From contig CM119386.1 in assembly GCA_051294905.1 (NCBI GenBank), positions 434,001-498,000 of the forward strand: a DNA stretch of 64,000 nucleotides, given 5' to 3'. Positions 1-13,820 of the stretch are shown here, in pieces. The stretch's first letter is position 1, and the number at the start of each line of letters is the position of its first letter. The notes under the pieces were generated by a model. It saw only the letters and a program-made list of their open reading frames with translations. It was not told the origin of the DNA and ran no database searches. This DNA is from Botryllus schlosseri (taxonomy: Eukaryota). Position numbers and translations under genes: made by a program.

Positions 1-543
1 AACGCATAAGATTCTGAAAATTTTGATTTTTTATAAAAAAAATATAAAATAAAAATTCAAATTTACCTGTTAAGCCCATGAAATGGTTGAGTTGTCTACG
101 AAAATGACGCAAAACAAATTTGAATCAATGCCAGCCCGTAGAAGCGCAGTGATTTGAGTTTCTCATGCATAATTCTGCAATTACCCGCCTTCCAGGCTAT
201 TTTTGCTAATTGAAAACTTTCAAGCTCCTGTGCGTTCACATCTACCAGTTGGAATCGAGTGAAATTTGGTGTGCAGCGTTTTTTTAGGCCAATTAAATTG
301 TGAGTCCCCGGAATCCGGAAAAGAAAAGTTACTTTTGAACAACCCTAAATTTTGCCTCTCACTTGAGTATTTTTTACTTCTACTTAAAGTAGTTGACACT
401 TTTTACCTAACTTACATATTACTTGTACTTGTTCTTGAAAAGCAACATTTTGACCGCAATATTAGTTTGCATGACGCATGCGCTTGCTTATTCTTTTGCG
501 ATTCCGCCTCGAGACCTTTGTCAACACGCTGCCTACTCCGCAG

Positions 544-3500
544 GCAACCTGTCCCCCCGGCACCGAGAAATCTTCCAGCGCAACCCCCTTTTCGCGGGCA
601 TGCGTTTGCCGGAAGCCAAAGAGTTTGAGCCTCTGGAGAAGAGGTTTCCGAAGTTTTCGCCGGAAGTGGTGGACATCATGAAGCTTTCGTTGAGACTGGA
701 CCCGAACGATCGACCCTCGTCGTCGGCACTTATGCGGCATGAGTTCTTTCGCAAGGATAATTTTGAGGAGAAGGTAACACTGTAGATTATTATCGGCATA
801 AGGATCAGACTTGTGCAAACTGACAATCTAAGTTCGTTGACGGTCAACCAACTACTGCTTTGTTCAGTATTCATAGCTCTAGTTATGAGTTTTGTATGGT
901 AAATAGTATTAGTTCTTGTTATGAGTTTCAAAAAGTGAGTAGTTTCAGTTCTACTTGCGACTTTTGAGAAGTGAGTAGTTCTACTTGTCAGTAGTTGTAA
1001 TTGGAGTTCTTACTTTCGTTCTATTTGTGTTGTTGTAAGAAATGAGTAGGTCTAGGTCATATTGTGCTTTTCGCAAATGCAGCAGTTTGCACAAGTCTGA
1101 AAACAATAGATCGCTAACTACAGAGAGATGCACAACTCCAACCATCACGTTTCGATAGGCGATGTTGTTTGCTGCAGGGAAAAATCACCGTTATTGGTAA
1201 TTAGTGGGGCAAGTTTTGTTGCAGTCAAATCCGTGCAGTGCTGAGTGACATCGCAAAACAAAAAAACGTCGAACACTAAATGGCAACTATTCATTCATGT
1301 ACTCATGTACTGCGAATGCAGGGTGCGTACTATACATGGGTACAGGCTTTTTCCCAGAATATACACGTCTTTTCAAGGGTGCGTATTATACATGGGGCGC
1401 ACTATATTCCGAAAATTACGGTATTTTTCACAAAAGTTGCACAAATTTTGGTCGGTTGACTAAAAAAAAAGGTCAACTTCCCAGTTCCACTCCCGAAAAA
1501 CAGATTTCCATCCACATTCTCTGTTGGTTGACTAAAAATAAAAATAAAAAGTCAACTTTCCGGCTTAGCTCCCGAAATATTCGTTATAGCATTACTTCGC
1601 TGCTGATTTCCGGTATTTCAGTCGAATTTGGTCATGTATTTCACCATCATTTTCAAAAAACAGTGACATAATAGAGCGATCTATTTACATATACTGCCAA
1701 ATATTTTCAGTAAAAAGTTGGTTGCATAAAAAATCGAAAAAACTTGCAAAATCTTTCGTGAAAAATCGGAATGGAATGGAATGAAGGGATGACGTAGTTT
1801 ATTTTTGTCCTTGATGTTTTTTGCGGCATATACACCGACTCATGATACACATACACACCATCCGTGCATATGCATACCATGAGTGCATGATGTGCATATG
1901 CCGCTGGGCAAGGAAGTGCAGATATAGCCTTTACGGCTTTCTAAGTCAAGCACCACCCCTCCATGCTATCCCAGTAATGCATGAGCGCCAAGCAGGAAAG
2001 TCATGGATACCAGTGTTACTAATCAGGTCTTTGGTCTGACCCGGCCGGGAATCGAACCCACGACCTACCGCACAAGAAGCCGGACGCTTCACCATTACGC
2101 TATCTTGTCGGTAAGTTGCAAAAAGTTGCAGGAAAAAAAATGGACAAAAGTTGCGCTATAAGATTCCTTCAAACAGCTTAAAACAGCATTCTACATATCT
2201 TACGAGTATTTAGGAAGCTGCCGAAAGCTGCAAAAAAAGTTGCAAAAGTTGTGCTAAGACTTGCCCTAGTAATTATGTAATCTGATGATTCCAGTGTTAG
2301 GAGATTATTTTTTCTAGCATTTAAATGATATACTTACCAATGCTTACCATTAATTTATCAATGAAAATGATAGTTCTGTTACTATTTTCCATTGTGGAAG
2401 GCTGTATATCTGGATTGGTCATATCGTAGTATACGAAACATGCAGTTTAAAACTACGCACGTTACTGGAAGGGACATTTTTGTGAAGTCGTGATCGGCCC
2501 ATAGCATTGTCACAAAGTGCAATGACAAACTATGGTCGAAAAAATACCAAATTTTTTATATATGACGCAGAACTGGCATTGTAGGCTATTCTTTGTGGTC
2601 CTATAATAGGTACGTATTTGAATTCTTTACATGATTCATTTTGTTCTAACGATTCTTGAATACTCGCATCAATGGCCGATACACATTTCAGAATCGAATC
2701 ACTCAGGCAGCCCTACTTGATTTTGCCAGCCCTAATGATAGCTAACAGTAGCTTTCGATTAAGACCAGTCTCAATAAATTTCGGTGGTGAATTTAAAATC
2801 GCTTGACTCGAGTCAAAACCACACAATTAAGATTGACTTGTGACTCAGAACCTGTGACTCTTTTCGAAAGGTGATCCCGGAAATCCGAGCCCGCATCCAA
2901 AAAGAGTTCCAGCAAAACCAGATGGTTCGGAAAAGTCTGGCCGAGAAACAACAGCAGAAGAAAGACGAAGAAGAGAGAAAACGCAAGAAAATGAAGGTCA
3001 CTATGCTACTGCAGTACTAATTATCAAGTGATTAGGCGTAACTAATGAGGGACAGCGTCGCCTCCTTCGATCAGTTGATATGCTGTCAGTAAACTCCAAG
3101 TTACAGTGAGTTATGTGTGATCACTATTTTAAAACCTAAACCTGTGTTGAAATACATTACCAAAAATCTATAAATCAGATTTTTTTTGGCAATGTCACTA
3201 CAAAAGTTAGCTTTCTAAGCGTGAAATAAAGTTCATGGTGGAGATCAGCTTTTTTTAGTGTTCGGATTCTAAAATTTTGGGAGTATACGCGTCTGCCCAC
3301 AAAACTGGCAAGTGCAAGAACCCCTAGTTACGCTGTATATTTGAATACACATATCAACCTTCAACAACGGATTTTCATTTTGTAATGTCAGTCGTTGAAA
3401 TCAAGTTCAATTTAAAAAGTGCCCGTTCGATAACTCTCTTTACGTTAGGAGCAGTTACGGATCCCCTATGAGGTTTGATCCCATTCTGGTTGTGATTTCC

Positions 3501-6500
3501 AGGAAAACGAAGAGAAACAGCCGGTCAGCCCTCCGTCAAAATCTCGAGAAATCAGCAAGCACTCGCCGCGATCGGATAAAAATATTCCTGTGAGATTTCC
3601 GCCTGTTTGTTCGAAAATAACGCTTTTCTTTGAATTATACTGGCTATTTGATAAAATAGTTAATTTGGTCAAAAAACGCTTGACTCAATTCCAACCTGTT
3701 TCCGTTAGTAAATTAATCCCAATTTTACTCTCAACCCCACGAAATTGTTAACTATAAACAAAATGATGCATAGTCAATTTCCCTCAGTAGAAGCCAAGTT
3801 TTTCGAGTACAAAATTTTTGATTTGAAATTATTGTATTTGCGGTAGGAAATATAAATTACAGAACCACCCACTGTAAATATTATTTTTTCAAATACAAAA
3901 TTTTTAACATCTATATATTCACTTGTACAGGTTGGAATTGAGTCAAATTTGGTGTGCAGCATTTTTTTAAACAAACCTAGCCATTTTATCGAATAGCTGG
4001 TAAAATTTGAAGAAAAAAGTGATTTTTGAATAACCCTACTGTTCACGTTACCCGATGATCTCTGCAATTTGCAGCAGAAACGCGATTCTCTGGCGACCGT
4101 CAACGCCGTTCGCACGAATAAGACGCCTCCGACGCAGGAAGCCAAAAAGCGAAAAGATTCCGCAAAGGTTTTTATTCTAATAAATTATTTCTGACACGGA
4201 ACTTCAGAATAGAACGAAACAATAACTTGATATTGTTAATACATTCGGTAAAGGAGCATCTGCGAACGTCAGTAATGCGGTGAATCGAATTTGAAATGTT
4301 GGAAATATTCTGTGTGACGTAATAATTTCCTAGATTTTGCATATTACTGCCATGCGTAATTGAAGAGTCTTCGTAACCATGCTTCGAAAAATGTCAAGAA
4401 ATAGATTTCGATAAATATTCTATCACATATTCAGTTTTTTTATTTTCCATCTTTTTCAAATTCAATCCCCAAAATGTCGCAGGATTGCAGCATTTCCGCC
4501 GCGAGACAATTTTTCCATTATTTTCTTCTTTCTAAGTCATTCCTCGAAAACATTTGCAGGATCGCAAACTACCAGCCACGATAAAGCAAGAAAATTCTAT
4601 CGTCGCCAGCTTGCCTTCGCCAAAGAAACAGACTCCGACCAAAGAAGATTTCACGACCCCGCGAACTCTCATCCCGAAAGTCACAAACGAGTCGATAAGT
4701 CGCGACAAAGTCCCGTCGACGGACGAACGGTCGACGCCCAAACTTGAAAACGACAAAAGAGTCACGATAAACTCAAAAACGGACGAAAAAATCCCAAATA
4801 TAGTCACAGCAAATTCACCGTCACCTTCCAAACAGCCGAAAGGCAGTATTTTAAAGAATTCTTCTCAAACCACAGTCCGTACGAGCAGGGAAAGCGTATC
4901 TTTCGAACGACAGACGGACAAACAGACAGAGCAAAACGCGACCGTACTAAAATCAAGCTCGGACACGATCACACCTCGAGACAGCAAGATACTCTCTCTG
5001 TCTGCGAGCGATTCTTCGACCCAGATTAAGAGTTCGAAGCCCCGCCATGCCTCAAATACGCCCGAGGTCAGGGAAAGGTCTTCCAAACTATCCGGTGGAC
5101 ATATACCACCCATACAGCATACTGGGAGCGGGCCAAAGACAACGCAGCAGGACTCGGATGACCCATTCAAGCAATTTCCTTCTCAAGGCATCAGGTATTT
5201 TCACAATCAAGTTTCAAATCATACAATTGTAGAGATGATGCATAAATGGCAGAGTTGTAACCAAGGAGTTGTAACCAAGGAGTCATAAGTCAATTTGACT
5301 ATTATCGTCGAGTCATTTTCAATTCACCACCGAGTCAAGTTGGAGTCCAAGTCATACCGCAACGGTTCGAGTCTTAGTGTTAAGACTCGAGTCCGAGCCC
5401 AAGTCATCATGTTCACTGCAGACATGGGGTGATTACTTAATGAATGTAATCGATTGCGATTACGATTACTTATGAATCACGCGATTACGATTACGATTAC
5501 GATTACAGCAAAATCAGGAAGTAGTCGATTACGATTACGATTACATTGGAAAAGTAATCACGATTACTCACGATTACATTAAGTTTGCTTCTTAAAACCA
5601 ATCTTAGAAGATATTTGGAAGGCAATATAAGGATTGCGACAGAAGGCCTAAAATGTGTAAGCAACTTTCTTTGTATATGATACGTTATTTGCTTGCTACG
5701 TCATAATGGGTCCATTGTCCAACTTGAGGGATGATTTCTAGCACCCATCGATTGGTAGGCTATTCTTGTCACGACCGTAACTTCCGCACCCCAATAATGT
5801 TGAGAACGAGCTCGACGGGGACTAAAAAGTAGGGATGGTGGGAACCCCTGATAGGTTCAGATTCGTGTGAATGCGAACGTTAATCTTATGACGTCACGTG
5901 TCGTCACATTGGTAATTCCAACTCTACATATCTCGGAAGCGATATATAAATGTACGTACGTACACGACTCCGGCCACATTATGCCACAATACTGAAGTAC
6001 ATGCTGAATTTTCAAAATTCATAAAATATATCAACTTGAGTAATAAAATGCTATAATAATCCCATAAAATCAATATCTTCCGTCGCTTTGCCGTCAATTT
6101 TGACGAGGACTTGCAAGGGAATGTAAGCTTACGCCCTAATGGACGAGGATAGACCGGACAATGTATTCGGTGTCCGACTATTGCGACATTGATATTGAGC
6201 AAAGTGTAAAACTGGATTCTATACTTGCTACCGATATTAGCTAATAAAAAAGTCATACCGCCGTATCCAACAACCTAATCGTAATCCACAGATTTGTTTT
6301 TTTATGCAAATCAATATGGAGACCGTACGCCTGCTGGATTTTTTACATAAGAGAACGACGTATTCTTCATATCAATATCAATATTGGTTGAATAAGCATC
6401 ATTCGCTGCCACACAATCTCACAGCATAGAGTTAATGAACATTTACGATATGAAAGCTGAATATTTCGAGCAAACCATTGTAACAAAGCATGGAAAATTT

Positions 6501-9500
6501 ATAGAGATTGGCAAGTTGTCTGACTAGTGTTGATTTTTTATGCTGCCAGCGCCTTGCATATAGAGTGGCATGAAGTTGAAATGCAAAGAATTCAAACCAA
6601 ATATGTAATAATGACGTGGAAAATTGTATTAGCCTACGTGAAAAAGGTTCACAGTGCAGAACCTACGAAGGTTCGTTTTTTAACGTGAAATCTCTAGATT
6701 TTTGAGGTTTACATGCAGTACACGAACGTGAACGCCATCCCTACTAAAAGTATTTCGTAAATCAACATAAATTATGGAGTATTTTTGAGAGACTCAATAG
6801 ACTTGAAAATTTTCTCCGAGATTCGCGATTTAATGCCTCCAGATAGCTTGATTTTGAAATGCATACGTCTCCCCAAAGAAAAAGAGCATGTCTGATTCAT
6901 AGGAATAGGCATTGCGGTGCCGGTCATTACCGCGTCACGACAGTGACGACACTCCAAAAGACATATGCAGTTTCGTCCAAAATGCGGCTTCACGAAGTGT
7001 GCTACAAAAGAAATACCTAGGCCGAAACGCTAGGTATGTGTCCGTTGTCAATAGCCACGCTAGATGGGCGTGACGAATACAAATGTCACCCGGGACCCAA
7101 CAGAGGAATGAAGACATGGTAATTTGTTTGCGCATCTCACGAAAGTTTCAGTCTGATACGTTTGGGCGACTTTACAACATCTTTTGATTATATAACAGTC
7201 GAGAGATCACGAAACTAAAATAGAGTAATTATAACAACATATAAGATGTAAAAATTATGAATTTCGTGCTCCCAGCTCTATCGGTAAATGTGACCATCGG
7301 GGCTGAGAGAGGATTAACAATGAATGGTAATATAATGCGATCACTAATATTACTGACGAGATTCAGTCATCAACCTGAAAATTGACGTGGTGGGGACGAA
7401 GTGCTGTTATGCTACTGATTCTAGCTACAACACAGGCTAACTAGTTGTGTAAGTGAATGGCTATATCTTTGTCCGGTGTAATTACGCACATACATAGGCC
7501 TACTGCTCGGCAAGCAACAGCGGTCAAACTGCGATTTTAACTAAACATAACGAAACATCAATACATGAGTTACTATTTGAAACTAGGCAGGGTGGTGAAT
7601 ATTATCCTGCTGCGAGTCAGTGGCGTCTGCAGTGTATTGATAACATGATACCCAGCATGGCGAGTGTTCTTACAATTACACTAACCAGCAAAGCCAAAAC
7701 TTCTGACGTAATAATGAGCAGTGACGTTTGGAAATCTGACATTGATGCTATCAATAAACCTGGTATAATATCTCCTTGTTCGCGAATGTTCAGTTTATGT
7801 CATAGTCCTCGTACAAATAAAAAGTAATCGTTATTTCACAAAGAAATCGATTAAATATGTGAAGTAGTCGATTACGATTACGATTACTTCGGATTTTTTT
7901 CGAATGTAATCGATTGCGATTACGATTACTTCAAAATGCTGTAATCGTCGTAATCGATTACGATTACTAATCGCGATTACCCCATGTCTGGTTCACTGTT
8001 CAGTATTTAGTTCAAGTCAGTTTCAACCAGTTTTGTAACCAAGGCACAAGGTTCCGAGTCACAAGTCAATCTCACTTTCATAGTTTTGACTCGAGTCAAT
8101 TCAAGTCATTTTCAATTATTGTCGAGTAACTCGGCTCAGTGTTATTGAATGCTTCGCATTTATAACATACTAATTTTCCTCATTTTTAACAGTTTCGTGT
8201 AGCCTTTTCATGTACCAGTACTGATAGACGAAATAATAATAGTGTGATAACTTTACTATTTTTCGAAATTACAATGAAATGTCTGTCTTGGTAGACCCAG
8301 TGTCGAGTCATGCGCAATGACTCGAGTGCAAGTCGAGTCAATGTACAAATTGACTCGAGTCGAGTCATTTTTCATTATTAAAAAAAGACTCGAGTCAAGT
8401 CGAGTCACCAAAAAATCGCGACTGGAATCTTTACAACCCTGGGTTCAACTCACTTTTGTGAAACTCTTGGGTGATATCGAATGCTTGGAATTCTAGTATA
8501 CACATTTTACTCACTCTTAACATATCTATTCAAACAGATAAATGACAGTTTCCGAGTCTATCAACGATCGTCCCTTATCTAAAAAACTTATGCAAATCAT
8601 ATAGAATGTGTGTGTCTCTTATTTTTGGGAATAAACTTGTGTCTGTGTCATGCAGAGTTTTGGAAAAGACCAAGAAATCTGTCATGGCCAAGGAGACGTT
8701 CCCAACGCAGGTAGACACTCTCTCACGTCGTACCTGACGACTCGCTGACTCTTCTCTCCTTTTTCAGGGATCGTACGAAAAAGCCATGTACTCTGGGGCG
8801 TCAAATTTCGAGAAAATGATGATGTCAATGTCCGGGGCAACCGCGATTTCTCACCCAGCTATAAAGAAAGCAAACCCACCCACCCAGCACACAGGAGGTA
8901 ACTGCTACAAGTAGGCCGGTTCGAAGTAGCCAGTAGTAATGCAGCTACTTGCAACTGCAAGTAGAGATTGCGAGTTCCAAGACATGTGAAAACTACTTCG
9001 AGTACAGGTTGAAATGCTCAAGTAGTTTCAAAAAAGTAGATTTGGTCGCAAGTAGCCTTAAAACCAGGGTTGTAACCAAGTCACAAGACGCTGAGTCGCA
9101 AGTCAATCTCACTTTAATAGTTTTGACTCAAGTCAATTTTAATTCACTACCGAGGCAGGTCCAAGTCACAAAGCAGTGGGTTGAGTCCGAGCCATGGTAT
9201 TATGACTCGAGTCCAAGTCATTGCATTGACTGCTCAGATTGGAGTTTAAGTATTGTTAAAACGACTTTTTATAACTCTGTTTGGTGATATCCAATGGTTC
9301 GCGTTTGAAATATACTAATTTTCCTCGCTTTTAACAGTTTCTGGTCGCATTTTCAGGTGCCAGTATATCAATACGTGAAATACCAACAGTGTGGTTGCTA
9401 TTCTTCGAAGTTACAATCAAATGTCTGTCTCGACCGTCTGAGACTCGAGTCAAATGACTTGGTCCTCGGGAGTCATGTGCAATGACTTGAGTCCAAGTCG

Positions 9501-12500
9501 AGTCAACACACAGATTGACTCGAGTCGAGTCATTTCCGTATTTTTAGAATATGACTCGAGTCATCAAAAAATTACGACTCGAGTCGAGTCATTACAACCC
9601 TGCTAAAAACACCACTACCTGAGTGAGTAGTGCCGACAGGAAAGAGTAGGCCTAGAATGTTTGTAAATTGCTACTTGTACTTGATTATAATTTGATGGAA
9701 ATACTTGTACTTCTACTCGAGTACGGACGGCGAGTACTTTCACCACTTTTGTTATTGACAGGCTCGTTTGCTCAAAGCCACTCGCCATACTCTCAGCAAT
9801 TCGGTTCTCACTTCTCTAGAGACGACGGAAACCTACCTCTGTGGCAGACTAATGTCTCGGACAAACAGCACAAACATCAGGACTCAAAAGGGTGGGTTTG
9901 GGCACAGATCGTGTGTGTGTCTATCATGAGTCGGTGTATAAGCCGCAAAGACATCAAGAACAAAAATAAACTACGCCGTTTCCTTTCAAAACCGGGGTAT
10001 TTTCTAGTAGTCGAAGTGCAGGCTTTGAAAGTGTGTGTTTTTCACAGGTCTGAGGTTGACAGAAAACTCTTCAAGTCCGAGTCCAAAACAACGTTACGGC
10101 ATCATCGACACGACGCAAAAGAAGACAGACACGCAAAGGTCACATTCTGACTTACATGGAGCGTTCACAACTCAACTGATTTATTCTCTCTTCAGAACCA
10201 TGACGACAAACAGTTCTCTCGCATGAAGCTTCCAGACCTGACCGGTCGCGGTCCAGGGATGGCCGGCAGGGTGGATGACTTTTTAGGATTTAAACCCAGT
10301 CAATATGATCGTGAGTAGACTTGTATTGGCGTGGCTTTAGCAAATCTGCAGTTATACAGTCAGTCGAAAACTTGCAACGGAGACAATTATGAAATTCTCA
10401 ACTTTCCGAATTAGAAAGAAATGCAACGATGTCTTTGAGAAATGCACTTCATGTCAAATAGTCGAATCATAGTTGATCCTCATAATCCTGAGAATGGCAA
10501 ATGTCTGCACAGCGATCTTGGCTTGTTGACGGCACAGTTCTCCTGTAGCATTTTCCGGCAAACCAGAAATCATATTGCCATCATTTCGCTTAAATTGGCG
10601 TAATCAGACAACATGAATTATGCAGCCCCGCTCTTTTGCTGGCTTCGCTAGCAGCACTACACATTAGCCGAGTGTATATATTTCACTGTATGATTTTTTC
10701 TCAAATTATATTCCTGAAACACGGAGACCTGCTTGTTGCTCATTCACGCCTCACTTCAGTTAACAAATACGTAGTGCTCCAAATCTTGTTTTATGTCGAC
10801 CTTCAGCCACTCCTTTCGTTGTCTGAGATAACATCGTTTATGAGGATGACTGCTAATCACGTGCACTGATTGCATTGTTTTACGAATTTACACACAGCCT
10901 TCTAATTGCTAATGTGACAATGACAATAAACAAGATTTGAACTTGAATAGGGAAACAGTAACTTTACTTGTTACCGTGTGGTTGTAATTCTAATCTAATT
11001 TTGAAAAAAATTTGCTAATTTGGAAAAGCTGGATGGTACGCAAACTCCTGTTGGCACGCACTTGTTTGTCGTATTTTGATAGAAGTTGAGTCCAAGGCAC
11101 ACAAATGAAAGTGTGAACGGCCTCTCCCGACAACCAGAAATCTGACCTCTCGATCTTGTTTTGCACAAACAAACTTGAGTACTCCTTACATTTACATTGT
11201 ACAAGCAATTCGTTACTGACCGTCTTCGGTGACTGCTGGCTAGGCGTATCTTTAATACGGAAAGATTGTATTTTTCAGAACAGCGACGCTCCAAGGCAAA
11301 GAAATTCGGATTAAAATCGATACCAAACTACGACTCGTCAGGAAAGCAGATTTCCCCCAAACACGTGAGTTTAGCAAATTCAAATTCGGGGCAATGGAAC
11401 TAGAACCAGGCAATACCATTTTGTCGAAGACTAGTTTTTACATGCCTGGCAATGGGAACCTTTTTTGTCCGAAGAGCCATATTGGCCCTATTTTTTACTT
11501 TTTAAATCTCAAAGAGCCATACATGTCAATCAGCTGTTACGTCACAATAGATAATTGGCAACGTCATAATAGCACTAATTCAAACTCAATACATGGGATT
11601 CGTCGTATGCACCAGATTTTCTATGTAAAAACTCGTACTTATCATAATGGTTGCCTTCTTTAAGCATGCAAAACTTGAGTTACGTGAACGTAGGTTCGTC
11701 GTGATGCTCCTTTTAAACGCGAGAACCCATGATCACATGCATAGGTGGATCCAAACATGGCCACCGCAGCAGTATATATATATTTATATGCATCATTGCC
11801 TATACCCAGGCTAAGCTTGTGACACAACAGTGACGTCGGGTCAGCGAAGGCAAGTTAGGAAGTTCAGTACCTCAGATATTGCTATTTTCTATCGATGTTC
11901 ATGAACGACAAGATCATGAACATTTTTTCCCGAAATGACAGCATTTGCATATTTATTTTTTGAAAATAAAGCGCGAAACGAAAGGTAAGGAACAGACGGG
12001 TCAACTCTCACCATTGATAACTCAATTCATCGTAAATAGCTTACCATTTGTTATAACTGATATTAATTGAATGTAACTGTAACGATTCCGAAAATCTGAA
12101 CACTGATCGACTTCTCAGTTCTCGAAGTATTCAGTGGTGACATAGATAGCGTTGCGATACACGCCTATGTTTTATCGCCGGTACTACAGAGCTACTTACC
12201 AATCAAGAACGTGGATAGCTATATGACGTTGTTTGTAATTCGAGTTTGAAATTGTGAATGCAACGTCCAATGCAGTTAATTTCGCGCCGTAGATCAGGAA
12301 GACAATGTGTATTTGAAAACAGTGTTGTCATATGGGCGTCTTCATGTCTACTCTCTTCAGTCAATCAACGTATGGTGGAATCATAGTGTCCTATATGGTG
12401 TCGACACAAGCAAATCTCACGCCTCAGTGAAATTGATTCACGTCACAATTTCCATTTGGCTACAGGCAATTTGACGGTCATTCTTTACCGGCTTGCCGAG

Positions 12501-13820
12501 CATTAAATTTGGTAAAACGGGTATCAATCGAAAGCTCACTCTGCAGTGATCACGAAAATATAAATTTTATTCCGTTCGAGGCCCTGGAACTCATCCAATC
12601 AGCCTCGAATTTTTCATTGTTATGGAGATTGGCATTGGGACGCAACAATGCTGTCTGGCCCTTTTTCTCTTGAGCTACTCTCTCGTTTCGCCAGACAGCA
12701 TTGTTGCGTCCTGAGCTGCTCTCTAGTTTCGCCAGACAGCATTGTTGCGTCCAAATGCCAATCTCCATAACAATTCGAGGCTGACTGTTGGAGTTCCAGG
12801 GCCACGAGCGGAATAAAATTTATATTTTCGTAATCAGTGCAGAGTCAGCTTTCGATTGATATCCGTTTTACCAAATTTAATGCTCGGCAAGCCGGTCAAA
12901 AATGATCGTCAAATTGCCTGTAGCCAAATGGAAATTGTGACGTGAATCAATTTCACTGAGCCGTGAGATTTGCTTGTGTCGACACCATATAGGACACTAT
13001 GGTGGAATCCAAGATTTCGAATCGGGTACATCGAATTCACGAGAGATATTTGTCGCCGGCGCGATAGTAACTTAAATTTGGGGATTTTGAAAAGAGGGGT
13101 CCGATCCCACAAGCCTGAAGACGGCATTGTCTTTACCTCTCAAAGACATGTTTATACTGCCACGAGAATAATTATTCTGGGTGTGATGAAATTGTACTAA
13201 CAAGTTGCTGCAATATTGATCAATTCAGTAGGGCCTACAAAAATACATATTTGGCAAAGAGCCATATCTTATACCCAAAAGAGCCATATATGGCTCGCGA
13301 GCCATAGGTTCCCGACCACTGACAAACGGCATTACTCCCACTTCTCCATGAACAGTTTATAGGCAAAACAATGTACTTTTCAAACTTTGGATCTAGGAAA
13401 GTGGAAAGTGGTCTTGCGGTATTCCTAACGTTACTTTTATGGCAACTTGGCAAAATAATCCCTGTATCACTACTTCTACGTTACAGTTTTAAGGCAAAAA
13501 ACGCGGTCGGTCTGGTGCTGGTCTGTGGAAAGTTTTTTGGCAATCTGTCAAATATACTAGAACCATATATCTCAATTCCAAAATGCAACAAGACTCTTTT
13601 TGCTGACTTGGAAATCGTTACTTGTATTTGATTACAAATTCAGTGTGTTTTTCCACTTCTACACGACCAGTTTTTAGGCAAAACCAATTAATTTTTTGAT
13701 CTTAAAACGCAGAACGCAGGAAATACAAACAGACATTCATTCATTTTCCACTTTTTTCAGAACGACTTCACGTCGTCACATCTCGACTCAAATTTCCCGT
13801 CTGTTCAGAAAAAATCATGA
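544..13820 (+). CDS. CDKL2: CDKL2/3-like cyclin-dependent kinase-like Ser/Thr kinase, 3' part (end of kinase domain plus long low-complexity C-terminal tail); 5' exons lie upstream of the window
   Basis: Exons 544-773, 2871-2996, 3503-3589, 4075-4167, 4560-5194, 8656-8710, 8768-8897, 9762-9891, 10048-10138, 10196-10310, 11279-11364, 13761-13820 (TGA). All junctions are GT-AG and phases chain without a stop. Exon 544-773 reads GNLSPRHREIFQRNPLFAGMRLPEAKEFEPLEKRFPKFSPEVVDIMKLSLRLDPNDRPSSSALMRHEFF, closely matching subdomains X-XI of vertebrate CDKL2 as recalled (GNLIPRHQELF..NPVFAGVRLPE..EPLERRYPK). The next exon, VIPEIRARIQKE, matches the CDKL2/3 post-kinase helix. Tail exons and the terminal exon rest on splice signals and phase only. 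Confidence 0.8.
806..1099 (+). mobile_element. MITE with 17-bp TIR and internal about 30-bp GTTCTAG/AAAAGTGAGTA minisatellite (hAT-like CAG ends)
   Basis: CAGACTTGTGCAAACTG (806-822) is the exact reverse complement of 1083-1099. TSD is degenerate. The same head recurs near 39093 and 40500. Confidence 0.7.
1940..2110 (-). mobile_element. tRNA-derived SINE (Meta-domain-like core), copy 1
   Basis: Minus strand: A box TAGCGTAATGG, B box GGTTCGATTCC, then GGTCAGACCAAAGAC...TGGTATCC...CCTGCTTGGCGCTCA. A second copy is at 59786-60038. Confidence 0.8.
5419..7990. mobile_element. Non-autonomous hAT element with subterminal (GATTAC)n arrays
   Basis: TIR CAGACATGGGGT / ACCCCATGTCTG; perfect 8-bp TSD GTTCACTG (5411-5418, 7991-7998). 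Inserted into a GACTCGAGTC-family MITE remnant in CDKL intron 5. Confidence 0.88.
8030..8441. mobile_element. GACTCGAGTC-family hAT MITE, degenerate left end
   Basis: Ends TTACAACCCTG; internal GACTCGAGTC palindromic repeats; homologous to 9065-9602 and 60176-60723. Confidence 0.7.
9065..9602. mobile_element. GACTCGAGTC-family hAT MITE
   Basis: TIR CAGGGTTGTAA / TTACAACCCTG; TSD CTTAAAAC / CTAAAAAC (7/8). Splits a TACTTG-rich element remnant (about 8900-9740). Confidence 0.85.
12383..13000. mobile_element. 618-bp foldback element with about 275-bp TIRs and 9-bp TSD (Mutator/foldback-like MITE)
   Basis: Arms about 12383-12659 and 12730-13000 are reverse complements with few mismatches. Ends ATAGTGTCC / GGACACTAT; perfect 9-bp TSD GGTGGAATC (12374-12382, 13001-13009). 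Confidence 0.9.

Noticed and set aside
266-931. Overlapping ORFs 266-628, 462-818, 478-681 and 533-931
   Set aside because: Alternative-frame or antisense shadows of the CDKL kinase exon 544-773, extended into MITE sequence.
11445-13321. Charlie-type hAT enclosing the foldback element
   Set aside because: The right end GGTTCCCGACCACTG is clear, but the left TIR is degenerate and no TSD is recoverable, so boundaries cannot be supported.
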